From NCBI GenBank assembly GCA_951406725.2, contig OX597839.1:29264001-29328000 (forward strand): a stretch of DNA of 64,000 nt, read 5' to 3'. Position numbers and translations under genes: made by a program. Source of the DNA: Octopus vulgaris (taxonomy: Eukaryota). Shown here piece after piece: positions 14,010 through 27,487 of this stretch (the first letter of the stretch is position 1; every line of letters starts with the position of its first letter). The notes beneath the pieces are model-generated. The model did not search any database and was not told the DNA's origin. It saw only the letters and a program-made list of their open reading frames with translations.

Positions 14010-15045
14010 TTGAGCTGGCAGAATCATTAGCAGACCGGGTGAAATGCTTAGCGGCATTTCATCAGTTGCTATGTTCCGGGTTCATATTCCACCAAGATCA
14101 ACTTTGCCTCTCATCCTTTCAGTTTAAGTACCAGAGAAATACTGGGGTCAATGCAATCGACTAGTCCTCTCCTCCAAAATTTCAGGCCTTGCGCCTTTAG
14201 TAGAAAGAATTATTATTATTAGAGCTGGCAGAATTGTTAGCATGCTGGATGAAATGCTTAGCGTCATTTTGTCTGTTCCTATGTTCTGAGTTCAAATTCC
14301 ACAAAGGTTTACTTTGCCTTTCAGCCTTTTGGATGAAAGGCGAAGCTTTATTACTATTATTGATGTTGATGATGGCAAGCTGGCAGAACTTTCATGTGTC
14401 TGTATGTCCTGAGTTCAAATTCTGCCGAGGTCGACTTTATCTTTTCACCCTTTCAGGGTCGACAAAATAAGTACCAGTTGAAGACTGGGGTTGATGTAAT
14501 TGACTCATCCTCTCCACAAAATGACTGACCCAGTAGAATTGTTAGCAGGTTGGGCAAAGTGGTTAGCAGCAGTTGGTCCATATATATTTTCTGAGTTCAA
14601 AATTGGAAACCATTGTTATTATTATTATTATTATTATTATTGTGGTGAGCTAGCAGAATTGTTTGCATGCTGAGTAAAAACTTTGCCTTCCACCCTTTCA
14701 GGGTCGATAAATTAAGTACCAGTGAAGCACTGGGGGTTGATGAAATCGACCAGTTCCCTCCGGCCAAATTTCAAGCCTTGTGCCTATGGTAGAAAGGGTT
14801 TATTTTTAAAGAGGTGAGCAGGCAGAATCATCAGCATGCCAGACGAAATGCTAAGCAGCATTTTTTCAAACTTGGCATTCTGAGTTCAAATCCCACCAAG
14901 GTCGCCTTTCATCCTTTCAGGGTTGATAAAACAAGAACCAAAGAACCAGTCAAGCACTGGGGGTCGATGTAATTGGCTAGACCCCCCTCCCACACAGAAA
15001 AAAAAAAAAAATTCAGGCCTTATTACTATAGTAGAAAGGATTGAT
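14010..15045 (+). mobile_element. Head-to-tail cluster of about six Nin/Deu-domain SINE copies
   Basis: gagctggcagaat-like heads at ~14011, 14222, 14378, 14530, 14647 and 14815, mostly separated by (ATT)n-like tails. Confidence 0.8.
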
Positions 15046-15139
15046 GTTTTTATTTTTGCTTTTTTTTTGTTTTCTTTGATATTTTTCTTCTTAATTCTTT
15101 TTCCCTTCTGTCATCAATCTAATTGAATTATTCCACCAC

Positions 15140-15635
15140 CACCACCACCATTCACACCTTCAGTCACCACACCCCTCCCTCCACCAACAACTATGGCAGT
15201 CGATGATGATTAGTAGTACCTCTACGGTTCCGTTTGTCATTATAATAATAATGATGATGATGGTGATGATGAGATGGCATCGTCATTATCAATTTCGTCA
15301 TCATGAGAGAAAATGATATTAATTCATTATCTGTATCAAGGTAAAGTGAGAGAGAGAGAGAGAGAGAGAGAATGGGAGAAAGAGAAAGAATTAGACAGAT
15401 ACACAGGTAGACAGAGTGAAAGAGCAAGCAATTGAGAGAGAGAGAGAGAGAGGAACAGATAGATAAATAGAAAGAAATAGAGAGACAGATAAATAGAGAA
15501 AGATAGATATATAGATAAAGAGAGAGAGGGGGAACAGATAGACAGAAAAATAGATAAATAGCAAGAGAGAAAGGTAAATGGAGAGGGAGAGGAAGAGAGA
15601 TAGAAATAGAGAGAGATAGACATAAAGATAAATGA

Positions 15636-15675
<40 letters not shown>

Positions 15676-16345
15676 CTAGTTGGGTTAATATGTCTTTTAG
15701 TTTTGGTGCAATATTTTGTAGTTTCTATAGAAATGTAGTTTTTCCGTAAATGTTTTGTTTTGTTGTTTGTTTTTGGAGGTTTTTGCTTTGGAAATGGTGT
15801 GAGAGTAGGAGGAGGAGGAGGAGGAAGGAGAAAATGAAAACTGTAGATCGGAGAGAGGAGGAGGAGGCGAGGAAGGAGAGAATGTATTCAGGCAAAGCAA
15901 CACCGGTGATGTCATGCTTCCAGTTTATAAATTCACAACACAGGGAGGAGGAGGAGGATGAGGACTATAGCCATAATGATGGTGGTGGTGGTGGTGGTGG
16001 TGGTGGTAAGTATGGTGTTTGTAATAGTGGTGGTGGTGGTGGTGGTGGGGGCAATATAATAGTATAGGTTGCATGCTAATCGTGGTGGTGATGGTGGAAG
16101 GTAATAATGGTGTAGTGGTGGTGGTGGTCATGGTGGCGGTAGAGATTGTAGTAATAGTAGTGGTAGCAGTAGTGATGATTAGTAGCTGTAGCAATGATAA
16201 TAATGATGGTGGTAGTAGAAGTAGTAGTATTGATGGTTATAGTAAAATCAGAGATAGTGGTGGTGGTAATGCTGATAGGTGGTGGTGGTGGTGGTGGTAG
16301 CAGCAATGATGGTTGAAGCTCTGGTGGTAGTAGTGGTGGTGGGCA
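15140..16345. repeat. (GA)n, (GGA)n and (GGT)n low-complexity block
   Basis: Directly visible purine-rich and GGT microsatellites. Confidence 0.85.
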
Positions 16346-16559
16346 GAGTATGTTCTGCATTTTGTTTTTTAAAGAAACCAGAGTGTGATATGAGGGAGAT
16401 TTCTGCTGCTATTTGCAGCAGATCAATCAATCAACTATATATATAGAGCAGGGATTCCTTAACTGGGGTTACTGCAGCACAGGGAAGGGGGTGCAAGATG
16501 GCATTTCAGGGGGCTAAGCTTAGAAAGAGGGACAATATATATTTTGTTAAATTCACCTT

Positions 16560-16920
16560 CTCTTTTACTTGTTTTAGTCATTTGACTGCGGCCATGCTGG
16601 AGCACCACCTTTAGTCGAACAAATCAACCCCAGGACTTATTCTTTGTAAGCCTAGTACTTATTCTATCGGTCTCTTTTGCCGAAGAGCTAAGTTACAGGG
16701 ACGTGAACACACCAGCATCGGTTGTCAAGACACACATATATGTGTGTGTGTGTGTATATATATATATGATGGGCTTCTTTCAGTTTCCGTCTATCAAATC
16801 CACTCACAAAGCTTTGGTTGACCCAAGCCTATGGTAGAAGACACTTGCCCAAGGTGCCATGTAGTGGGACTGAACCTGGAACCATGTGGTTGGGAAGCAA
16901 GCTACTTACCACACAACCAC
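16560..16920 (-). mobile_element. SINE family A copy
   Basis: Reverse complement of the family A body and head. Confidence 0.82.
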
Positions 16921-17918
16921 TTTGTTAACATTTCATCATCATCCCCATCATTGTTTTAGCATTCACTTTCCAATATTCGCATAAGTTGGACAGAATATGT
17001 CAAAGCAGGCTTTTCTCTATGGCTGTAATATCTCCCCATGGCCCGGACATGTTTTCATGGAAGATTGGCAATGAAAATCATAGCTTGCATGATGGTGATG
17101 CTTGTTTACAACTATCACATGAAGTCAAAGCAAGGGGACAATAACACACACACACACACATGCATATATTTATGCACACATACACACACACATGTTGGTG
17201 CAAACAGGAAAATAGAACTCAAATAGTGAGTATATGTATATTTTTATTAATATTTAATGGAAGAAACTCTCAGACCTTGAGCCACTCTGTTGCTTCTGCT
17301 AAATACTAATAAAATATATATATATATATATGATGGGCTTCTTTCAGTTTCCATCTGCCAAATCGACTCAAAAGGTTTTGATTGGCCTGGGGCTATAGTA
17401 GAAGACACTTGTCCAAGGTACGACATGGTGAGACTAAACTTAGAACCATATAGGTTGGGAGGCAAACTTCACAGCCATACTTCTGCCCTTCCAGGATAAA
17501 ACCATCAACTTGCTCTTGAAACTTAGATTAAACCCACCAAAAACTTCAGTATTCAACATGTGTCAATTTAAAAGAAAAAGAAAAAAAAAAAGTGTGCAGG
17601 CTGGCTGAGTGGTTAAGAAGTTTGCTTGTGAACCACCTGGTTTTAAGTTAAGTCCCACTGTAGAAGACACTTTGGAGAAGTGTCGTCTACATTCCTGAGC
17701 TGAGAAAGTCTTGTGAGTAAATTTGGTAAAACCAAAAATGAAGGAAGCCCATCATACATGTGTGTGTGCACATGTGGGTGGGCACATGTGGGTGGTCACG
17801 TGTTAATATCTCCTCTTAATGCTGTGCAATAGTTGCAAAAAAAAAAACCAACCCCAAATGAGTGTCACTCATAACAGGCAGCTTCTCTCATTTCCTATCT
17901 TCCATGAAAATCTTGTCT

Positions 17919-17941
17919 GGTTAGGGTTAGGGTTAGGGTTA
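17919..17941 (+). repeat. Short interstitial telomeric repeat (TTAGGG)3+
   Basis: ggTTAGGGTTAGGGTTAGGGtta, perfect units. Confidence 0.75.
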
Positions 17942-18862
17942 CACAGAAACAGGTGAGGTTTGGCACCTGGCAAAAGAAAATCTACCTCAGTGAATTCCAA
18001 AGACAGACAAAATATTTTAACATTTTAAAAAATATATGGAGGTTCACCTGAGTAAAATAGGAATCAAAGGGGTCCATAGGTAAAAATGCTTGTGGACCAC
18101 TGCTTTAGACAGTATAGTTTCAAAGATAAGAAAGCGAGTTGTAGCTGGAATGTCTTAGATCACAGGGATGTTCAAAGATCATAACAATGAGCCAGAATAT
18201 TGTTGGTGAGTGACTTCAAGCCAATCAGTCAAACAGCCTTTCTTTGGATGTGCTTGAGGGTGCAGTCTGTATGCAGCAGCATTGCCCTAGATATGGGAGC
18301 AATACTCCAGTATGGATTTCACTTGAGGTTAGCCGAAAGGTTTAGTAGCTGTTGGGTGCTGAAAAATTCTCTGACTGTAGAGTGAAAAGTCAGCCTTTGT
18401 AACAGTTAACTTAACTCTTTAGCATTTAAACCTATCATATCCAGTCCACATATTCAATCTGTTTAATGTTCAAATTTGCCTGATCTGGTCTCTCACACCT
18501 ACCTTACAATGTCAGTGTAAAAATAAATAATCACATGGAAATCTCAAAGCTACAAGAAACATAGCATTTAAACTGGTTACACCTTGTTTTATGCTCACAC
18601 AGGCCAAATCTGGTCTCTCACACTTATCCTACCATGTCATTTTATAAATAAGCAAACACTTCATCAAAATCTTGAAGGTATATGATGACTACTTGATTAA
18701 TTCAAAATGGTGTAAACCAATAAGCATCACATTTGACAAAGTAGTCTGAATACTAAAGGGTTAATCCAAAAACAATGTGAATAAATAAGTTTACATTTGA
18801 CAGGGTAAGCTGAATGCCAAAGGGTTGAGCTAGTTTTTCTGATATAGTCTTTACTATATTAA

Positions 18863-19065
18863 TCCTTTCAATACCAACCCATCTGAAGCTGCCTCTGGCT
18901 CTGAGTACAAATGTCTTGTTTTCAAAAGTTCTGAATTAAAATCTTCCACCAAACCTTAGTCACAATTTATGTTCCTAACACTAGCTGAATGATAACAAAG
19001 TTATTTTACTAAAATTAATTGAAAGACACTCAGAGAATCTCAACAGAAATATGGTAACGAAAGGG
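18863..19065. mobile_element. piggyBac-type MITE (family 2)
   Basis: TTAA flanks; termini tcctttcaatacc / ggtaacgaaaggg. Inverted copies at 21907-22130 and 22227-22420, and diverged ones at 9350-9690 and 37835-38022. Confidence 0.78.
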
Positions 19066-20399
19066 TTAAGGTAGTCTTTGCAACAATTTATCTTGTGTTC
19101 ACCAGGAGATGTTGTTCAACTCCTTAGACAACCTGACAGTGACTTCTAGACTGCCATAAACACTTGTCCCTAGTTTTCAAAGTCTCAATGTCCAGATGCT
19201 CAGCCAGGTTAGCAAGGACTTTTGCCACAATAAGATTGTTGATGGATAAATGACATCATCACTGACTCCATAAAACAAAAATCTATCTTTTGCAACTCTA
19301 ACATGCTTCCTCACACCAACAGAAAATCATTTACAATTTGCACCAATGACATTAAATTATGGATAAGGTGAACTTCTTGCTCAAGCATTTCATACAGTAA
19401 ACTCATCACAAACTGCCATCATCACCAAGTCAGTCTATCCCAGTTTTTTGTAGACAGGGTCACATTCATCTTTGGATTACTACACTTCTTTGAAGCCATG
19501 AAGTAAAATACAAGGATGGAAGGCACCTAACCATCATCCTCATCATTGTATTGTCCACTTTTCCATGCTTGCATGGGTCAGACAGAATTTGTTGAGGCAG
19601 ATTTTCTGTGACAGGATGCCTTTCCTTTCACCAACCCCTACCTGTTCCCATGTACAGTATAATATTTCCCCGTGGCCAGACATATCTCAGAAGATTGGAA
19701 ACAAAGGACTCTGCTTGCTCAGCCAGTGATGCACACAGCTGTCAGATGTCAACTCAAGCAGGAAATAACACACACAATATATATAGTTGCCAGTACCGCC
19801 AGACTGGCCCGCGTGCCAGTGGCATGTAAAAAGCACCCACTACCACTCTCAGAGTGGTTGGCGTTAGGAAGGGCATCCAGCTGTAGAAAACACTGCCAGA
19901 GCCTGGTGTAGCCCTCTGGTTTGCTAGTCCTCAGTCAAATCGTCCAACCCATGCTAGCATGGAAAGCGGACGTTAAATGATGATGATGATGATGATGATA
20001 ATTAATAATATATACATACATCATCATCATCATTTAACGTGCGTTTTCCGTGCTAGCACGGGTTGGACATGTAATTTTTGGGACTAATGGGTGACTGAAA
20101 CACAACAGGCATGACCAACATGCATAGGACGTCTCAGTATATCTAAGTCCTGGGGTCGATTTGCTCGACTAAAGGTGGTGCTCCAGCATGGCCACAGTCA
20201 AATGACTGAAAAGAGGAAATGAGCTTCACATTTATGTGCTTACTCTGGTGTATATATATATATATTTGTGTGTATATACATATATATATATATATAAAGT
20301 TAATCCAAACATGAAAACACAAAGAGAAAACACAACAACGCGAGGACGTGGAACAAATATAGTATTATTAGACGCTCAAGAAGGAAGGGAAGAAGGAGG

Positions 20400-20434
20400 G
20401 TTTTACGTTTCGAGCGGAGCTCTTCGTCAGAAAC
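20400..20434 (-). ncRNA. Minimal type I hammerhead motif (PLE-type, stem III reduced to ACGU palindrome)
   Basis: Minus strand: guuu-CUGACGA-a-gagc-ucc-gcuc-GAAAC-GUA-aaac, inside a ~210-bp insert (20295-20508) next to (TA)n. Confidence 0.75.
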
Positions 20435-22865
20435 ATAGGAAAAGGAAAGATCCAGAGAAGGGAAGACGGAGGAAAAAAAAAATCGCCAACGGTACACATG
20501 CGGTCACAGACAGGCTTCTTCTTTCAGTTTCCATCTACCAAATCAACCCACAAGGCTTTGGCCAGCCTAGGGCTATAATAGAATACACTTGCCCAAGATC
20601 CCAAGATGCCATGCAAAGAAACTGAATCTGAATCATTGAAATATTAATGAAAATTGGAAGGCAACAAGATAACACCGAGGCTGAGATTTGGTAGTGAGAA
20701 CTCAACACTTAACAGTCACCCACTCAACACAGATTTACTTTGGTCTGGTCCAATATCCGTTCTAACAAGAGTGTCATGTGTGTGTGTGTGTGTGTGTGTG
20801 TGCTAAATGCTGTAATAGGATTGTTTACTGTTCATAAGACACAACAAGAACTATTCTGGTGAGGGGTAAAAATGATCAGGATATATTACTGGTACATGGC
20901 ATATGTATGGAGATGGTTGAGTAGTTAGGAAATCTGTTTGGCAGCCATGTAGTTCAGTCCCATTGCACATGTGTCTACTATAGCCTCAGACTGACCAATG
21001 CCTCATTGCTTAGCCGTATTTCGTCTGCCGTTATGTTCTGAGTCCAAATTCAGCCAAGGTCGACTTTGCCTTTCATCCTTTCGGGGTCGATAAATTAAGT
21101 ACCAGTTACGCATTGGAGTCGATGTAATCGACTTAATCCCTTTGTCTGTCCTTGTTTGTCCCCTCTATGTTTAGCCCCTTGTGGGCAATAAAGAAATAAG
21201 AAGCTTGCTTCGAAACCATATCATTCTGGGTCCAGGCCCAGTATGTGGTACCTTGAGCAAATATCTTTTACTACAGCCCCAGGCTAAATAAAGTCTTCTG
21301 AGTGGATTTGGTAACTGAAAGAAGCTTGTCACAAGCACACACATGTATGTGTGTTTTAGTGTCTGTGTGTGTCCTCCACCACTGCTTGACAACTGGTGTT
21401 CGTGTGCTTATATCTCCATAACTTAGCAGTTCGGCAAAAGAGACTGACAGAGTAAGTACTAGGCATTAAGAAAAATAAAAAGGTTGATTTGTTTGCCTAA
21501 AACCCTTCAAGTGGTGCCCTAGCATGGTCGCAGCCTAATGGCTGAAACAAGTAAAAAAGAAAAAAAAAAGATATACATATGTGTGTGTGTGTGTGTGTGT
21601 GTGCACATGTGTCTCTTGTTTTGACATTGCACACCAATTCCAAAGAAAGATCCCCGTCATGCAAATGGTTACTGTGCTGCTCAGGTTTGAAAGTGAGGGT
21701 TGGTGACAGGAAGAGCATCCACCTGCAACGCATTTCATCTTGCTCATGCTGGCATGTTAAGGTGGACGATATGTAAGCATGTATACACATATACATGCTT
21801 ACATATACATATATATCTTTTTATCTTTCACTTGTTTCAGTCATTGGACTGTGGCCATACTAGATCACACACACACACACACACACCAGAGTGGAGGTGG
21901 GATTAACCCTTTCGTTACCATATTTCTGTTGAGATGCTCTGTGTTTCTTTCAATTAATTTTAAACACAACAAAGATTTAGTAAAATAACTTCGTTATCAT
22001 TAAGCTAATGTTAGGAACATAAATTGTGACTAAGGTTTGGTGGAAGATTTTAATTCAGAACTTTTGAAAGCAAAGACATTTGTATTACAGAGCCAGAGGC
22101 GGTTTCAGCTGGGTTGGTATCAAAAGCGGTACTTTGCAGATTTTGTTTCACATAGATGCTATATTTGTAAGAAATAGCAGCCAAATCTTGTGCAAATTGA
22201 AGACACATTCGACTGACTGTCTTTAACCCTTTTGTTACCCTATTTCTGTTGAGATGCTCTGTGTTTCTTTTAACTAATTATAAATATAATAAAGAATTTA
22301 GGAAAAAGCTAGTGTTAGGAACAGAAATTGTAACCATGTTCGGTGTAAGATTTTACTTCAGAACTTTTGAAAACATTTGTACAACAGAGCCAGAGGCCGT
22401 TTCATGCGGGTTGGTATCAACAGCAACTGGTACATGTTTTATGGTGAAGTAATACCTAGGAAAGACTGGAGTCCACTACACCAAGATCCTGAACTGGACG
22501 TACCTCCAGTCCCCTATTTCCTCAGTCACACTATAACACCACCAGTAATAATTGTCGACAACAACAGCAAGTTGAAATAATGAATACGCGAGAAGGCAGG
22601 ATTGTGGGGGGGGGGGGAACTACTGCAATGGAGGAAACATTGGAAATCTGGTGAGATTTCTGACTGTTGTTTTGCTTTTTGGTTTTGGTAGTGTTTTTTA
22701 GCAACAACTATGCTAAGTAGACACTGAAGGAAAATAGGAAGTCAATACCAGAGTTTTCACTCTTTCTCTCTCTCATGCACACAATATACATCGTGTATGA
22801 TGGTAGTTTCTTTGTGTCCAGAGATTATGAAAAAAAGTGGCATGCCCTCAAATGTCTATGTAAAC

Positions 22866-23200
22866 TGCTGGTTCTCAACTGGGGTCCGTATGGCCCATGA
22901 GATGCCATATAAGGTTTTGGGGGGTCCATGCAACAGAATAGTAAATTGGAGATCCACAATAGTATTTTAAGGGTTCCAGGAAAAAGAATTGGCTTGAGAT
23001 GTATTGATATGTATTGCAAGAAACAGCTCTGTTTTTTTCTCTAATATTTTATGGAGTTCAACCTACATGAGTTAATATTTGAAGAATTAAATAGGAATTT
23101 CTATAAAACTAGTTTTTAAACATTGAATGGCTACAGAGGTCCACCAGAAGAAGATAGTAATCAAAGGGGTCCATAGATAAAAAATAATTGAGAACCCCTG
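22866..23200. mobile_element. hAT-type MITE
   Basis: Termini ..tggttctcaac / ttgagaacccctg with 8-bp TSD atgtaaac (22858-22865, 23201-23208). Related partial copies near 11500-11825, 12040-12292, 18020-18102 and 35380-35891. Confidence 0.8.
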
Positions 23201-23214
23201 ATGTAAACTGGTCC

Positions 23215-23625
23215 TTGACACTGCAGGGTTTTTCTTCTAGTCTGTGCTCGGTAGTTTTAAAATGGGAGTCAGTCTGTACAATCTGATCCCACTTTTTATA
23301 TTTGGAGGTCCGGGTCCGATTACAGGCGTTCAGTGGGGGGCTAAGACAACTGCAGTGACCAACACCTCTAAGTTTTATAGTGGAGTGACCTTCTCTAAGA
23401 TGAACTGCCTTACAGGGCTAAAGATCTCCACTGATCCTAGAGTTACCAGAAGGGTATCAAAAAAGGGAAGCAGATCATGTGAGGGACTTCACTCCTTGAT
23501 TTATCATCAAGGTTGGCTCCCTGTAGCCTTTTCCTTTCACAGGACACTCACAAAGCAGTGAGGGTTTGTGCGACTGGCTGTAAGCTACTGCCTCAGAGAA
23601 GTATTTCCCCCAACCCATGCTAGCC
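23215..23625 (-). mobile_element. Probable RTE-clade LINE 5' UTR fragment
   Basis: Minus-strand motifs ggagccaaccttg..aaatcaaggagtgaagtccct and gccctgtaaggcag..tagagaagg resemble RTE 5' UTRs as I recall them; no coding remnant is legible. Confidence 0.4.
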
Positions 23626-25334
23626 ACAAGCAAAACAAATGAATGAAATAACGTATGCACATGTAGGCACAGACTTGCATCCGCACTCAGAGATGTGAAA
23701 CTATTCTCGTTCTCAGATTCCAGAAACTAAAGGAAATGCTGGAAGAATCAGGGAGTGTTCTGGCTTCCTCTCCTCCTTCAATTCTTTCCTCTTTCACTCT
23801 CTGCTGTTTGTTATCTTTTAGGAAGTTTTACAAGGGGAAGCCAGAAGTGTGACCCCTCTACAACCACCATTTCCCACCAAAATACAAACTGGTTCCTGTG
23901 CCTTCCTTCCCCAGTGCTACTCCTTTGTTGGTTCCTGTATATCAATCAACACTGGTGATCCGACTCTTACACTCTATCCCATAAATGGATCTCCATCGAT
24001 TTCAACAACATGCAAATCTATTGTTTTATCGAATGTGATTGTGCAGGCTGGCTGAGTACTCCACAGAAATGTGTACTCTTAGTGTAATTCCCAAGGAGAG
24101 GCAGCATCAGAGCACATGATAGAGCTGAACCATTGAATCCATTTGATGGGCTTCTGCAGTTTCCATCTACCACCCAAATCTCACTCACAAAGCTTGGACA
24201 GAACTGAGGTTGTGGTAAAATAAACATACTCAAGATGCCAAACAGTAGGACTGAACCTGGGACCTGGTGATTGCAAACCAAACCATTAAAACATTCAGCC
24301 ATGTTGACTGACTGAAAGAACAAGGAATGGGTGTTGTTCCCCCCACGCCACCCCCCATTTTATTTTTATTTCATTCTTATTCTGTAACAGAATTCTCACC
24401 ATCATCATCTTACGTCCACTTTTCCATGTTTGCATGGGTCGGATGGAATTTGTTGAGACAGATTTTCTACAGCCAGATGCTCTTCCAGTCACCAAGCCTC
24501 ACCTGTTTCCAAACGAGGCAATATTTTCCCCTTCATTGGACATGTTTTGCATTGACAACTGGAAATAAACAACATCAACTGTATGATGACGACACTCATC
24601 TAGAACAATCGCATGATGTCTAAGCAAGGGGCCAAACAAACATACATAAATACCCCCACTCCCTCTCTCTCTATATATACATATATATATATCATCATCA
24701 TCATTGTTTAACATCTGTTTTCCATGCTGGCATGGGTTGGATGGTTTGAGCAGGGTCTCGGAAGCCAGGAGGCCGCACCAGGCTCCAGTCTGATCTGGTA
24801 GTATTTCTACAGCTAGAAGCCCTTCCTAATGCCAACCACTCCAAGTGTGTAGTGGGTGCTTTTTATGTGCCACTGGCACTGGGGCCAGAGGAGTTGGCAT
24901 CAACCACAACCATCTGATCGTGGTTTTTATGTCCTACCGGCATGGAAGCCAGTCAAAGAGGCACTGGCATTGGCCACATTTGGATGGTGCTTTTTATGTC
25001 CTACCGGCACGGGGGGGGGGGGGGTCACACTACAATTTCCATTTAATTTGATTTTTTTTATTGCTGTATCGTTGCTATTATATTAAACTGTCATTTGTCC
25101 AAATTTGGCCAAATGCATTTTTTTTTCAATATTTATTTTTGCTTGCAATAACCAGTTCTTTTGGTCAAACTATCGTATCTCCAGCTGCTTCAGATGCCAA
25201 GATATCAAAAATTGTCAAAGTATAGTACAACAGTTTTGCTATGGAATGGTGAAACTACTTTTTTGTCTTACTAAAAATTAATGTTATGGACTTGCGACAC
25301 TTTTACAGAATAGCAACAATATATATATATATAT

Positions 25335-25803
25335 ATAAAAATAAATGGAGTTAAACGCAGGTGTTATTCAAATTCTTTTACTTCCGACATATGTTTTGAA
25401 GACAACATTGGTATTATTCGAGAAGGAATAAAATGGTGTAAAATAATGCAATCTCCTCATCAGGGAAAGAAACCAAACACATAAATTAGGCATTTTAACA
25501 GAATGTGATGACTGCGTATAACGATGAAGGGAATGCTATTAATTAGAATAAAGCTTAAGATCGTGGAATTAGATATATTTAGTGAAGTGAAGGTCAAATT
25601 ATATAGAATGGCAGAAATCACTTATAGGAACTAAAGGTATGTTTCTGCCAATGTTTGCAATGATAAACACATTCTATAAATGTGTTTACAAGGGGATTCT
25701 TTGAGAATGGAATATAAAACATTTCACTATTACAAAGCGAGCAGAAATGTTTACCTTTGTCATACGGTAAAGAAATAGAGAGAAATTTCCATTCCAAATT
25801 AAT
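25335..25803 (-). mobile_element. Short 5'-truncated Penelope-like element between two (TA)n tracts
   Basis: Minus frame reads NLEWKFLSISLPYDKGKHFCSLCNSEMFYI..LVNTFIECVYHCKH..*, the same GIY-YIG C-terminus as at 30454 and 61650, followed by a hammerhead motif. Confidence 0.85.
25382..25467 (-). ncRNA. Type I hammerhead motif with G12>A substitution
   Basis: Minus strand: uucc-CUGAUGA-ggagauugcauu...aauguugucuuc-AAAAC-auau-GUC-ggaa. All elements are present except that GAAA reads AAAA (plus-strand T at 25397). Confidence 0.78.
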
Positions 25804-25819
25804 TATATATATATATATA

Positions 25820-26210
25820 GGTACAGGAGTGGCTGTGTGGTAAGAAGCTTGCTTCCCAGCCACATGGTTCTGGGTTCAGTCCCACTGCATGGCACCTTGG
25901 GCAAGTGTCTTCTACTATAGCCTCATGCTGATTAAAGCCTTGGGTGCATTTGGTAGACGGAAATTGAAAGAAGCCCATCGTATATATATATATATATCAA
26001 TATGCATATATATGTATGTGTGTTTGTCTTCTCCACCATCGCTTGACAACTGATGTTGGTGTGTTTACATCCCTGTAACTTAGTAGTTCAGCAAAAGAGA
26101 CCAATAGAATAAGTACTGGGCTTAGAAAGAATAAGTTCTGGGATCGATTTGCTCAACTAAAGGTGGTGCTCCCGCATGGCCACGGTCAAATAACTGAAAC
26201 AAGTAAAAGA
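25820..26210 (+). mobile_element. SINE family A copy
   Basis: Full head-to-tail match to family A. Confidence 0.85.
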
Positions 26211-26820
26211 ATATATATATATAGAGACATTATCATCATTTAATATCCGTTTTCCATGCTGGCATGGGTTGGTTAGTTTGACCAGGGCTGGTCAGCTGAG
26301 AGACTGCACCAGACTCCAGTCTGATTTGGCATGGTTTTCCACCGCTGGATGCCCTTCCTAACGCTGACCACTCCGAGAGTGTAATGGGTGTTTTTATGTG
26401 CTGTCAATTTGCGTGACACCAGCATTTGTCACAATTACGATTTTAATTGGGTTTGACGGGTCTTCTACTCAAGCACAGCAAATTGCCAAAGGCCTCAGTC
26501 ACGGTTACTAGTCATTGTCTCGGTGCACGCGCATATATATATACATACATACGTAATATGTATATTTACGTATAGACAAATATACGTAAATATTAATGTT
26601 TGTATGTTCAATTATAATTAAGACAATTTCGCATTCAGCTGATCGGTTACTCTATACTTTTGTGGAGTACAAATTTACCATTTTTATTATACAAGAACGT
26701 TGTTGACAGTGACTCTGAAATTCTGGCCAGCTAAGCCATATATATATATATATATATATATCTATGTACACACACATACAGTGTTTTCGTGACCGAGTCT
26801 TAAACTATATATATTAACCT

Positions 26821-26874
<54 letters not shown>

Positions 26875-27308
26875 GCGTACACACAGAGGCTTTTGTTTAC
26901 GTTGACATATGAAGAAGAAGATATACGTCAACAAGAGTACAGCAACCGGGTGTGTGAATTAATGTCCACAAATACCCACATCTATAATAATTGTTTCTCT
27001 CTCTCTCTCTCTCCATATATATATATATATATGTACTTAGTGTGACACACACACACACATATATATATACACACTCATTGTGACACATTTATACACTCAG
27101 AATTATAAAAACCACACACGCATGCATAAAACAAAATCATTTATAAGCACAATAACAGCAATACACAAACACACACTTACACACATTTATATACATACAT
27201 ACGCATGGTTGTATATAAACCTAAATATAGAAACGTGTTTCAGAAAGAAGTTTAAAGTATACACAGGTTGGCATATTAAACAACCGGTTTTCTTTTTAAC
27301 ACGGAGAA

Positions 27309-27347
<39 letters not shown>

Positions 27348-27450
27348 CATACACACTAATGTATATATATATATATATATAGATATATACATACATACAC
27401 ACTAATATATATATATATATATATATAGATATATACATACATACACACTA

Positions 27451-27487
<37 letters not shown>

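Noticed and set aside
14010-15045. Regularly recurring repeats superficially like a CRISPR array
   Set aside because: Eukaryotic SINE copies of ~150-200 bp with no unique spacers and no cas genes.
15750-16430. Gly/His/Thr-rich ORFs
   Set aside because: (GGT)n and (GGA)n microsatellite translations.
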